This document shows, piece after piece, positions 12,658 to 24,479 of a stretch of 64,000 nt of DNA; positions within the stretch are counted from its first letter, which is position 1, and every line of letters begins with the position of its first letter. The notes under the pieces are model-generated. The model searched no databases. It was not told the origin of the DNA and saw only the letters and a program-made list of their open reading frames with translations. The position numbers were made by a program, and so were the translations under genes. Source of the DNA: Octopus sinensis (taxonomy: Eukaryota); the NCBI RefSeq assembly GCF_006345805.1, contig NC_043000.1, positions 43,152,001-43,216,000 of the forward strand, in the 5' to 3' direction.

Positions 12658-15375
12658 ACAGGAGAGGAATGGTGATAATATCAGCAATTGATTCCGAATT
12701 AGTCACAAGGAGGAGAGAGTCAATCGACACCGCCAAGACCATTACTGGACCGGTGCTTTGCTTTATCGACCTCAGAAAGATGAAAGGCATAGTTGACTCC
12801 GGTGGGTTTTAAACTCAGAACGTGAACATCCAGAAAAATACCACAACAAATCGTTTGCGAGATTTTACTACCTATTTTTACACTTCCTTTTGGTAGAGAA
12901 TACTCAAGTCACTTTTATTACCACCCATGTAGAAACTAAATTGCTTTCGTGCTTAGCATCAAATCTGATTGCCTTTCTGTTTTCCTTCGCTGCTCACGCA
13001 ATAAAACTCAAGATAAGCTTCTGATTTCCGAAGGACCATTTAAACTTGAAATTCCATATAAACCCTTCTGTGAAAATACAATATTGAGTTTATCAATAGC
13101 TCGGGACATAATCCTTGAGAATCTGTGGAACGATTTGCTAATTGGCATGTGCCACACCAATTCTACATGTTTCTTGCTTTCTTCTTGGTCTCAAAACACC
13201 GACATGCTCTGTTTTTTATACACCACATTTCTTGCCATAGGACACCTTGGGTTTATCAAACTCAGCTAGGAAAGACTTATAGAAGTCCACCAGAGAGATT
13301 ATCTTCTCCCTTTGCTTATAGCAAGGATCCATTATCTTTTCAGACATATCTTATGACGTACATGTTTCTTTGAGCTCTTCCATGCTGAATCATTCCATTT
13401 GTAACAAAACGTTAGAAAAGATGAAATACTGTTTCGGCAGTTTGTTGTTTGCCCAGTTTATTCTTTTTTCATCTAAATTTTTGCTTCAAACATTATTTTT
13501 TGCTTCCGTCTTTCAGCTGAAAATAATTTGGAGCGTGTTTGTGTTGCTGCTAATGCCAATGTTTTGTGCATCACTTAATGTCATTTCTGCTGGTCATTTT
13601 GTAGTGCGTATGAATATTGCGAATGCCGATTTGTCAAATTTAGTAAACGGTTATTCTTGATTAATATTGCTCAATTAGAAACTTTCCCTTCATCTCAAAA
13701 TATTGGCATATACATTGATATAAACTGTTGACAATAGACTTATTTCAGTCAAGCAACTTCTACAAAGAAGGCGCAAAGTTCACATGATAGAACGCATACG
13801 ATATTGTGTTTTCAATCTGTTAGTTTGACCCATATATAACATCATTGCTGTACCAACTGGTTGAATGCCAACGAAACATTACATATTGCCAGTGTTATGA
13901 GAAGAGAATATACTGTATGGGTTAGTCACATTCTTGCAATTTCTTTCAAAAGTGAGATTTTCAAATTCATTTCAAGATGTACGAAAAGGCAATGGCGGAA
14001 TTAGCACAACCTATAGGAAGACATACTTTGTATATTCATTGCTGGAGAATGAAACGCTGTGAGATACAACATAGTAACAAGATTCTCACTTTCAAACATT
14101 TAAGAAATTTAGAGAATTTTTCACTTTGGTGCGAACCATCTTCAGGTTTGATACAAACATTGTCTTGATCTTGTCGATGAATTCAAGCAACAAGCTCAGC
14201 AGTTGCACACCGGTGTAGAAATAGGGTACACAGATAGAGGAGTGCAACCCAAATCGACAAGCAGACGAATATAAATAGTCAAGAAATTAAAATAAATATG
14301 CAGCATGCAAACTAACTACACTAGAATAAAAGTAATAAATTAAGTAAATGTTTTGATATCTACGTGAACTTGTTCTAGAGTAATTTGGTTGATTTAGACA
14401 CGTGTCATTTATACAATTAAGTTATGACATATGCAGTTAATAATGAGAGAGTATCTGTAACACAGTGCATCAGGTAGAGGATTTCTATTAAGAACAAGAT
14501 AATGATATCTCGTCATACATGAGAGATAACGTTTCAAAAGGAATTCAATAGTCATCTATTAAACGGCTTATACTTTCATTAATAATGATTTATATCAACA
14601 ATTCAGGTGGTCATCATCAGTATTCTACATACATACATACATACACACATACATACAAACATACATACATACATACATACATACATACATACATACATAC
14701 ATACATACATACATACATACACACCATTACAAACATACACACTCACGCACTGACACACACACACATTTAAAGATATCACTTAATTATCTGAATGCAATTT
14801 CAATTCCCATCGAGGTCAACTTCGCTTCTCATCTATCGAGGACGATAAAAAACAATAATCCCAGGTGGTTGATCAATGGAACTAGGCGAGTATCGGGCCT
14901 GATACTTTGTGAAATTTTTACTGGTATTTTGCTTCCCGTAGTTAAATCCTGCTGTTGTGAAAGACGTGAAGTATCGCTTCTTTTAACGAAAGCACCTGCC
15001 ATCTTTAGATTTCTGGTTTAGAATAACTTACATCCTACCAGCCATTAGTCTCATAGTGGCATGAGTATTGCCTCACTCCTGACTCAAAGATAACACACAA
15101 ACACATACATATATACGCATAGGTATATCTCTTATTTATTTAATAATACGTATACATATTTCAATTTAGGAGTAAACAAATATACAAACAGAAACATAAA
15201 ATCAGGCGTGGCTGGGTGGTCAGAAATACGCTTTCCAATTACATGGTTCTAGGTTAGGTCACACTGAGTGGCACCTTGGGAAGGTATAGTCTATATAGCG
15301 TCGGGCCGCCCAAAATCTTGGGAGTGGATCTGTTAGCCAGAAACTGAAAGAATTCCTTCGTATGTATATGTATAT

Positions 15376-15412
<37 letters not shown>

Positions 15413-15460
15413 GCCACCGCTTCACAACCGAAAGATATTATACATATATATATATATATA

Positions 15461-16708
15461 TTAGGTCATCTCAAATAATAGGTATTTTTCAATTGCATGA
15501 ACTAAAAGTCGGAGGGGGACAGGATTAACTACCTGCATCAACTTGCTATAAAAGCAGGTTGTAATTTTACCTTGTGCTTATTCTCAGTGCAGTTTTGCAG
15601 AGTGTAGTTCGATTTTAACAGTTATTTTTTCAAAGCTATAATCGAAGTGACAAAAGAGCATATTCTACATATTTTGCTTTGTGAGTCCAATAAATGCAAC
15701 AACGCAGTGAGAAAGGCGAGGAATAATAATGCAGTATATGGGATACGACAAGAAGCTTAAGCTAGTGCCAACGATAGTTCCAGAAATTCCGAACCGAAAA
15801 TTAAAGCCTAAAAGACGAGTCTCGAACTGGAAGATTTGTTGAGATCGACGAGAATGTCCTGCAAAACATAGTGGAACAGAGTCCCATCGTAACTGTTGTG
15901 GAACTTGCAGAGAAGCTTGGATTTGCTCATTCAGCCATTTATCGAGACCTGCGTGCCATTGGAAAAGTCAGCAAATTAGGTCAATGGGTTCCTCACAAAC
16001 TTTCCGAGTCTGATCGCGCGCAGAGAGTGAATGCGCACTTTTCTTTGCTGTCATGTCCCTCGAATGAACCTGTTTTGAACCGAATAGTGAAAATGTCAAG
16101 CGCCGAAGACAGCGAATAGGGAAAGGCGAAACACCAGCACCCCAGACTAAAGAAGATCTTCACCCACGTAAGGTGATGTTATCTGTTTGGTGGGATGTGA
16201 AAGGGTTAATTCGCTTTGAAATTTAAAACCCGGACCAAACGATCATAAAGATCTACTGAGTGCAGCTTGAGTAGCTTATGTAAGCGCCAGAAGAAAGGCG
16301 ACCATCTTTGGTTTGAAGACGAAAGGTGTTCTCCCATCAGAATAATTCCCAGCCACATACAGGAAGGATGACACATCAAAGGCTGGAGCAGCTTGAATGG
16401 GAAACGATGCTCCACCCACCATATTTGCCGGACATTGCCCCATCTGATTATTATTTATTCCTCTCAGTCTTAAAATCATTTGGACAGAAAAAAATATGAA
16501 ATCTGTAGAAGAGAACAGAACAGCATTGCAGTATTTTTCGTCATGGACAAATGAATTTTGGAAGAGTTGCTTTGCAAATGTCCCAGATAGATGGAAGAAC
16601 ATTGTAGAAAATGTAGGGTGTATATTTTAAATTAAAAAAAAAGAACTTTATCTTAATTTTGAAAAAGAAAATAAGTATAAAAAACGCATTAGTTATGAGA
16701 TGGCCTAA
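15461..16708 (+). mobile_element. Full-length (1248 bp) Tc1/mariner DNA transposon, inactive
   Basis: TIRs TTAGGTCATCTCAAATAATAGGTATTTTT and reverse complement TTAGGCCATCTCATAACTAATGCGTTTTT, with TA on both flanks and an internal transposase remnant. Confidence 0.95.
15641..16630 (+). pseudogene. Mariner (D,D34D) transposase pseudogene
   Basis: (M>I)EVTKEHILHILL..., GQWVPHKLSE, HPRKVMLSVWWDVKG, HPPYLPDIAPSDYYLF. Multiple stops, the TGDEKW segment is deleted and the second catalytic D is changed to N. Confidence 0.92.
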
Positions 16709-16731
16709 TATATATACATACACGCACACAC

Positions 16732-16801
<70 letters not shown>

Positions 16802-17363
16802 GCACACATACAGACACACACGGACACATGCAGACACACACACACACGCACTCGCACACACACGTATATGTATACATATATTTAATATTCTAAAATAACT
16901 TCCATTGATATTATTTGAACTAAATTCAGACTGTATAACACTATTATCGATGGAATATTTAAAAAAGAATTTTCCTTTGTTGCCTGCGTCAGTTTGTCTT
17001 GTTTTGTATATATCTGTGTGTATTTCTGCGTGTGTATATATTTATATTCAGCTGCCTCGTGCCGACAGAAACATTCAGTGTCTATAAACATACCCACTGG
17101 AATAAAGAAACAACTTCAGTAAAGCTATTGAAAATTTACATTATATTCTTGCTTTCACAAAGTCATGCTTCACACAAGTGGTTAGACATACATTTTTGCT
17201 CTTCCACCCTCCCTGTCTCTGTTACACAAACACACACACACACACGCGCACACATACACAATATTTAAAAGTGGTTACCCGAAAAATGAAAACAACACGA
17301 TACAAGTTTTGGATGAACTGTATAGTATCAGCAATAGATAACACGCTATTACCTCACGCTTTA

Positions 17364-17427
<64 letters not shown>

Positions 17428-17448
17428 TATATGTATGCCTGTTTATTG

Positions 17449-17482
<34 letters not shown>

Positions 17483-17486
<4 letters not shown>

Positions 17487-19033
17487 AAGGGTAAAATTAA
17501 TTAATTAATAATTAATAATTTTACCAAATAGTTTGCTATGTAAAAAGAACCAGTATACAGTTATCAAATGAGATATGATTTAAAATATCATTTAAAATAT
17601 AAATGATTTAAAATATAAATGAATCATTTTACATAAAATTCATTTTGACTTACATATCACTCCTACATAGTATATTATATATTTATCTGGAAAGATAAGT
17701 TCTAACTAGCTATGATTAAAAATTTTTCTCTCTCTGATGGTACTATTTAATACTTATTGACTTAAATTATTTGATTTATTTCTATTGGACCATATTATTA
17801 ATAAATTAAATTTTGCTCTATTTTTATCTCCATTTCTTAGTCTATTTTTTATCCCATTACAAATATTAGTTAGTTAAATCTCTTAATTTCTTTTACATTT
17901 TAAAAATTAATTCTGCTAATCCCAGACCTATCGTAGTGTATTGTGATGTGATATAATATATCAAAATAATTTAATATAGTGTAGTGTATTATAGTTTAGT
18001 ATAATAATAATATAATTGTTTAATTTCATTTATAAGCAACCCCATTTTTCTTTCCTTTCTAATGACCTCTTTGTAACCTGACAATCTATTAATAGTAACA
18101 TTTATAAATAAAGAAATAAATTGTTGACCTCAGTTCGAATTTTGTTCTAAACAAACTTAGACTTTTTTGTTAGTATCAAATTGTGCCCATCCCCTTAGCT
18201 TCCCCTTTCCTTTCTCTTTGACAGCTTAAATAGCAGTAACTGAGTAAATTCCTACCCCCTTCCTCCTCTTTCTGGGATTCTTGAAAATTTCATTAACAAC
18301 CTGAACCACTACAATATAAGACTGTCATTTTGCTTCTCATTCGGATTCCCTGATATTTTCGCATGATTGTACCCTAAATCTCTCCACAAAACTGGATTAT
18401 GAACTATAAGGACATACACAAATTTTGTAAGTTCAAGACTTTTTCATCGGATCTCCAAAAAATCGAACTTATCTGCGATTCTTGTAAATTTCAATAACAA
18501 TCTGTTCCTCTACACGATATGACAGTCACTATGTTTTTACTCAGACTTTCCTCTACATGATATGGCAGTCACTTTGCCTCTTACTCGGATTTTCAGAAAT
18601 TTTGCATGACTGTATCCGAAAATTTCTTCATACAACTTGATCAAATATTCAATATGAGCTATATGTAGACATGCATAAATTCTATAGGTTTAAAACCTTT
18701 CATCGGATCTCCATGAATCGAACTTTCTTCAATGCAGTTAATCTTACAACCTCTTTTGTATCTACCCCTTTTGATGTTTGGGAATTCTCTGATATTTTTT
18801 CGGCTGACGAGTACGAGCCATCTGTATTCACTGCATTTTTTTGTAGCTTATTAAAGATGTCCTCGTACGAAACGATCGTACCGAGATTTTAATCCATTCT
18901 TGTTGCTTTTTTCCTATTTGTAATCACCCCACTTGTCGTATGGTTAGCACCATATAGATATCCGGTGCATCCTAGTTAAGGACCATATTCATGTGAATTC
19001 TTTAGAATTCACTAGAATCTCAATTACTTAACC

Positions 19034-19035
<2 letters not shown>
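17483..19035 (+). mobile_element. Probable non-autonomous Penelope-like element remnant between (TA)n tracts
   Basis: AT-rich unit with internal duplications (18337-18470 vs 18581-18724) and an intact hammerhead near its 3' end. PLE identity is inferred from the HHR. Confidence 0.5.
18798..18886 (+). ncRNA. Type I hammerhead ribozyme, complete canonical core
   Basis: TTTCGG CTGACGA(18804-10) GTACGAG...44 nt...CTCGTAC(18862-68) GAAA C GATC G TA CCGAGA. Stem I is 6 bp, stem II is 7 perfect bp, stem III is the palindrome ACGATCGT, and the GUA triplet gives predicted cleavage after 18880. Confidence 0.9.
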
Positions 19036-19077
<42 letters not shown>

Positions 19078-19305
19078 TAACAATATAGGATGAAGTCCCT
19101 TTCTCTACAGAAAAGGATTCCATCAAAAAGCGTGGCAGTATATTAAAAAGACCTTTACGGTTGAAGTATAAACATCTTATAATTAAGGGCTAAAGAGGGT
19201 TATTCTAAAGCCAATACACTGATTTATCCACTTATAATCCACTTGTTACAGGAAAATTGAACTGAAAGCGGGCAACTAACCTTTAGAAAATTTAAATTTC
19301 GTTAT

Positions 19306-19365
19306 CTCTATATTGAATCAATTTCGGAATTAATCCTATAAAGGATACATTCTTCTTCAGTAGAG
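19306..19365 (-). ncRNA. Type I hammerhead ribozyme, complete core
   Basis: Minus strand: CTCTA CTGAAGA A GAAT gt ATCCT ttat AGGAT ta ATTC C GAAA TTGA T TCAA TA TAGAG. Stem I is 5 perfect bp, stem II is bipartite, stem III is the near-palindrome ATTGATTCAAT, and the triplet is AUA. Confidence 0.82.
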
Positions 19366-19450
19366 CTTTCGAGGGAATATAAATAAAATACTCACACGTG
19401 ATCATGGAAAAAGCAGAAGCTAAAAACATAACTACATTTAAGTATATCAT

Positions 19451-19510
19451 TTATACTGAAGAAGAATGTATCCTTTATAGGATTAATTCCGAAATTGATT
19501 CAATATAGAG
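19451..19510 (+). ncRNA. Hammerhead motif, inverted twin of 19306-19365 with damaged stem I
   Basis: Identical core, stem II and stem III. The 5' stem I strand is TTATA instead of CTCTA because the inverted arm starts 2 nt before CTGAAGA. Confidence 0.6.
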
Positions 19511-19647
19511 ATAACGAAATTTAAATTTTCTAAAGGATAGTTGCCCGCTTTCAGTTCAATTTTCCTGTAACAAGTGGATTATAAGTGGATAAATCGGTGT
19601 ATTGGCTTTAGAATAACCCTCTTTAGCCCTTAATTATAAGATATATA

Positions 19648-19695
<48 letters not shown>

Positions 19696-19841
19696 ATATA
19701 TGTGTATGTATATATGTGTGTGTGTGTGTGTGTGTATATAGACATCACTAAAGTGACTAAGGACCAGAGTCGCTAAAAATATGCGTCAAAACAACTCATA
19801 CCCACGAGAAAGCACTTATCTTATGACTGACAAAGGATATA

Positions 19842-19931
19842 AGCTACCTACAGCAACCGGGGCATAGCCAGCGATTTCGCATTTGGTTAATGCTCGTCAG
19901 TGGCTCTCGCCCGGCTGCCTAGGTTTAAGCT
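19842..19931 (-). ncRNA. Hammerhead motif with long extended stem I and defective cleavage site
   Basis: Minus strand: GGCAGCCGGG cgag AGCCA CTGACGA GCATT aacca AATGC GAAA TCGC TGGCT atgc CCCGGTTGCT. Stem II is 5 bp; stem I is 5 bp plus 10 bp plus further pairs (CCTA/TAGG). GAAA-TCGC lacks the U16.1-H17 pair of residues (possibly GAAATCG[AT]C). Confidence 0.65.
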
Positions 19932-22900
19932 AGCTCGCCTTGACAGTTTATAAGAGTTACCGTAGAGATCGTACGCTGATTTCATAAATAGTAAAACTGA
20001 AAATGATAAATTATTAAAGGCATTTACAACTGAAAGGCATTTAACACCAGTATAGCTAGAAATAAGAGTCACTTTAGTCTGTACTTCTGCCATTCCTTTG
20101 TAAATTGCGAATAAGTTACCTGTATTACGCACACATTCACACACTCATTCACACACACATACACACATACACACTCATAAATACAGTTTACCGTTGTGGC
20201 ATCAACAAAAAAGAAGTACTCCAGCCAGTGAGAGATAAATATTATTTAGTGTACACAGTATATATATACGAACTACTAACCGAGCAATCTCAGCATATAG
20301 TCTGAACATATTGTCTATTAAATTTGCAAACCAGGACACTGGTACACAAGAAATCACGAGAAAGAAGGAGAAGGTAGATGCACAAAATGTAAGGGTGCAT
20401 AGAAACGAAAGAAAATTAGATCCCCGTGCTGTTTGGCCGTTAGGCCATAATTAAGCTAGATGTTGCTGAGAATGTGGTCCAAAGTCTACGAGACAGTTGT
20501 TCAATTTATAGAAAGTAGTGTCCTCCTGCTGAACGGAATAAATTTGTCCACATCTTTGCATTTGCTATAAATTTCGGATCCAGAATTCAGTAGCACACAC
20601 ACACACACACACCACACACATGTATATGTATATGTATATATATATGCATATATATATATGTACACACATTTATACACACATACGTATATATATATACATA
20701 TGCACATACATACGTACATATGTACACACACACACATGTATGTATGTTTATATTCGCATAGCAAATATACACATATATCTGTCTTGTAGTGTAAATTAAG
20801 TTTATTTGTACGAGATAGGTAATCCACTGAATGCAGAACATCTCAATAGATAAATGATATTTTATATACATTTTTCCTAAAGAGAGCGAAAGAACAGAAC
20901 TAAAATATATCGCATAAGAAATAATATAATTTCTTACGTCACCTAGTGGGCCATCAAGAAGTTTCAAAGATATTTATGCAGTAGATCCCACGAGGCATAG
21001 TAATTGGCGACGACGTATCGAATAAGAACGAAAAGGGACCATATCTAATCATTGCCCTAATACCGTATGCCAATATAAGAAATTAATGTTTTTCAAACTT
21101 GTTTCACTTTATCTTCTGAATTCTACACTACAGAACAACGTAAGTTTGTAAATTCATAACACCAAACGTTTTTTTTCACATGATTTGTCTAGTGCACGTT
21201 ATGTATTTTTGAGACGTACTGAATTAAATCTTTCGTGCAAATGTGCTCATTATATCTTTACAATATGAAGTTGTGAGCTCAGCATTTTTGTTCATGAATT
21301 TCCAGAGAATTATATTTATGGGATATTATTTCAGATTCAAATATTCAACCATTTTTAAAGCTTTACATATATTTTAGCAGTGTAGAGGCCACGTAGTATA
21401 GGTTTTCCTATACTAGATTACCTGTCATTCTAGCTGAAGCGTTTTCGAACAGTACTTGTTTAATCTAGCATTTTCTCCGCCACTTCTTAAAAGTATTGGA
21501 TGCTCTACATTAAAACGCATACTACAAATTATTAGGGAACATTTAATTCCAAACATTTCATTAATGTAAACGACATCATGACGCTTCGAGCTGTCGTATC
21601 ATACTTAACGTGAGACCATTTCTCAAAATATATAGCTAATTATTGTGTAGCTTCAGGAACTGTACTTCTCGTTTGACAATCATAATTGTATTCTTTACGA
21701 AATGACTTCTCTATTTTTATATTTATCATTCAGTAACATTTGAATGATGTTTAGAGCTTTTAATGTTTTCAATAATTAAACTGTATTTTGGTACCTGTTG
21801 AAATAAAAATTATTTGTACGTAACGTTATCTATGATATTCGTTTAACTGCCAAGAACCCAAATAGATAAAAAAAAGACATGCAGTGGCGTTCATTCTTTT
21901 CTCAAGATCATTGACGAAAGCGTGGCTGTCGACATAATCGGAATCAGCTCAACTCAGATTTTATTCTCGTAGACACTATTCTATTAATGCAAGTGCAGTT
22001 ATAATTATGAGAATGTATTGTACATCATAATAGCATTAGAGTTTTAGCAAGGTATGTTTCTGTTATTGCATTCTCTTCTTTCTATTTCGTAGGAAGGATT
22101 ATCGCATAAGAATTTGATAAAATAAATACAAATCTAGCAAGCAAGTTAAAAAATAAAATAAAATGTGAGAAAACTAAACAAATAGCAAACGGATAGCAAA
22201 TAAAATATATACCGAAGGCTCCATATACGTTAAGCAATATGTTATATCTCACTATAATTACGCAGGCTGGATTAATTCAAAGCATTGTTGTATCATGTTG
22301 GAAAATGTGATTAATGATAGATCTCGTTAAATGTTCAACTGTAACTACAGTAGTATTTTATAAGTGAATGTGTACTTGTTTGCTCGTGTGTTTGCGTGTG
22401 AGCGTAAATAGATTTAAGCTTGTGTGCTTCCGTGAATATCTCTTCTGATATATCTATTAAAATATAAACATGTCTGTGTACGCTTTTGTGTGTATATATA
22501 AGTGCATATACACGCATATGGAAAGACTTACCAGTATGTGAATTTATTTGTGTATCTCTATACATGTACGCGCACACACACACACACATGTATATACATA
22601 CATATATGTGTGAATATGTGAGTTCCTGTGTAGGGTGTTTGTGTCTGTTTGTATGTGTGCGCAATTGTGCGTAAATTTCTATGCATGTGAATTATATGTA
22701 TCTTTGTTTTTTTAAATTCCAAATTTTCCATTTGTGTGCATAAAGAGTTCTATAGCCTGTAATTGTTGCTGAGAGCAAAATTGGCAGATTGCTGAATGAC
22801 TCTTTTCGAGATATGAATGCTACGATTTTCACCTTAGTATTTCAAATCCTGCTTCCGTCGACCTCGTATTTAATCTTTCTGTGTGCAATACTATGATTAA

Positions 22901-23029
22901 TTTTTATATACATTTATAGTCTCCTCAACCTCTATCATATCAGTGTGCAAGAACACTTCAAAGTGTTAATAGGCAGGTATACAGCCCGAATGACTAAAAT
23001 TACATGCTAATATAATTTACGGAAAAAAC

Positions 23030-23655
23030 TGGTAAACTGACAAAATCGTTAGCACGCCAGGTAGAATGCTAAGGGGCATTTTGCACGTCTTTACGTTCTA
23101 AGTTCAAATTCTGCTGAGGTCAACTTTGCCTTTCATATTTTCCGAAATCGGTCAAATAAGTACCAATTTAGCACTGGGGTTGATGTAACTGACTACCCCC
23201 AGCCCACAAAATGTCCCAAAATTTGAAACCAATATAATCTACAGAAAAAAAGTGGCATGCTGGCAGAACCCTTAGCACACCAGCAAATGTGCTTAGCAGC
23301 ATTTCTTCCAGTTTTACGTTCTGAGGTCAATTTCACCGTGGGATCACTTTGCCTTTCATCCAGTGGGAGTCAATAAAATAAGTACCATTTCAGCACTAGA
23401 TTCAATGTAATCGACTAACTTCTTCCTCTAAGCATTCAGACCTTATTTGCACAGCGGAAATCATTATCACGCCAGACAAAATATTTGTAGCATTTATTCC
23501 GGTTTCACCAATTGCATTTAAATTCCACCGAGGTTAACATTGCCCTTCATCTTTGCAGGGTTGATAAAATAAGTACCAGTTGAGTACTGAAGTTGATGTA
23601 ATCAACTGGCCCTATCCCTAAATATTTCAGGCCTTGTGCTTATATTAGAAAACTA
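23030..23655 (+). mobile_element. Three head-to-tail decayed MetaSINE-like copies
   Basis: The TTGCCTTTCAT...AAATAAGTACC...GATGTAA core recurs at about 23125, 23350 and 23540. Confidence 0.8.
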
Positions 23656-24479
23656 TAAAAACTTTGAAAACCATTATTTATAATAAATGGTTTTCATACG
23701 CATATCTTTAAATTATATGCTTATCTTTAAATCAGAAAAGCCGTACATGTGATAGGTATACTGTTTCTTTGTTTTTTATATTAATTCTGATAATGTCTAA
23801 TATATTTTTTGTATTATCTCTTGGATGTGTGAATCAGTAGAATTTTATTAAAAATATTTGTAATCTTTTTTTTAATTAAATATATACGATTTTTAATATT
23901 TCACCAGCTTAAGCTTGCTGTTTAGCCTTTCCACGGTGATATATGTAATGTAGATTTATAGGAATGGGCTATAAGATAGGTGTTGGTTGTATAAATTTGA
24001 GGTTTACAGCATTTGATTATAAGCTTGAATGCCTCAACCCTCCATAGACGTACTTTGAGGATCGAAGGTAGGAAAAGAAGGAAAAAATATTTCAGTTCAT
24101 ATGAAATCATCGATTAAAACAGAGTCGTTATAAATATTTATTGAGGTGGGTGTGTACATTTAGGTTTTACTGAACTTTTGAGTTGGAGACAAAATATAAT
24201 TTTTAGAAACGTTCACCACCTTACAAAAACTATGAAAGCCTAGCAAGTGACCCCCTCTAAATACATGACCAGAAATCTATCGCCATTCCATTTGAGCATA
24301 TGAGAGACAAAACTTTCAGACATGCAACGTCTTCCGCCACAAATCTAAACAGAGAATGATCAGCGTCATTTATCTGTCAAATGAAAGTGGTGCTTTGATC
24401 GTCATTATACACTCGGCAGACTACGGAATTCGTATTGCATGAGACATCAGCAGCTGAACACAAGTCCACATGTCGGTCC

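Larger units (their letters stand above)
19174..19642. repeat. Near-perfect inverted repeat: 189-bp arms (19174-19362 and 19454-19642) with a 91-bp spacer
   Basis: The right arm is the reverse complement of the left arm with only two mismatches seen by eye (CACTGATTT/CACCGATTT and CAACTAACC/CAACTATCC). Confidence 0.95.

Noticed and set aside
12900-13700. Long minus-strand frame with scattered stops, possibly a transposase relic
   Set aside because: Stop density is close to random expectation and I could not match motifs to any family.
14120-14150. Minus-strand CTGAAGA TGGT-tcgc-ACCA motif
   Set aside because: No GAAA directly after stem II and no stem I.
19747-20078. 12-bp inverted repeat ACTAAAGTGACT/AGTCACTTTAGT around the 19842 hammerhead module
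   Set aside because: No TSD or further arm similarity; a 12-bp inverted match at this spacing is expected by chance somewhere in 64 kb of AT-rich DNA.
22052-22095. Apparent about 40-nt GT-AG mini-intron (CAAG|GTATGT...TTTCGTAG|)
   Set aside because: Flanking frames close within a few codons; no coding support.
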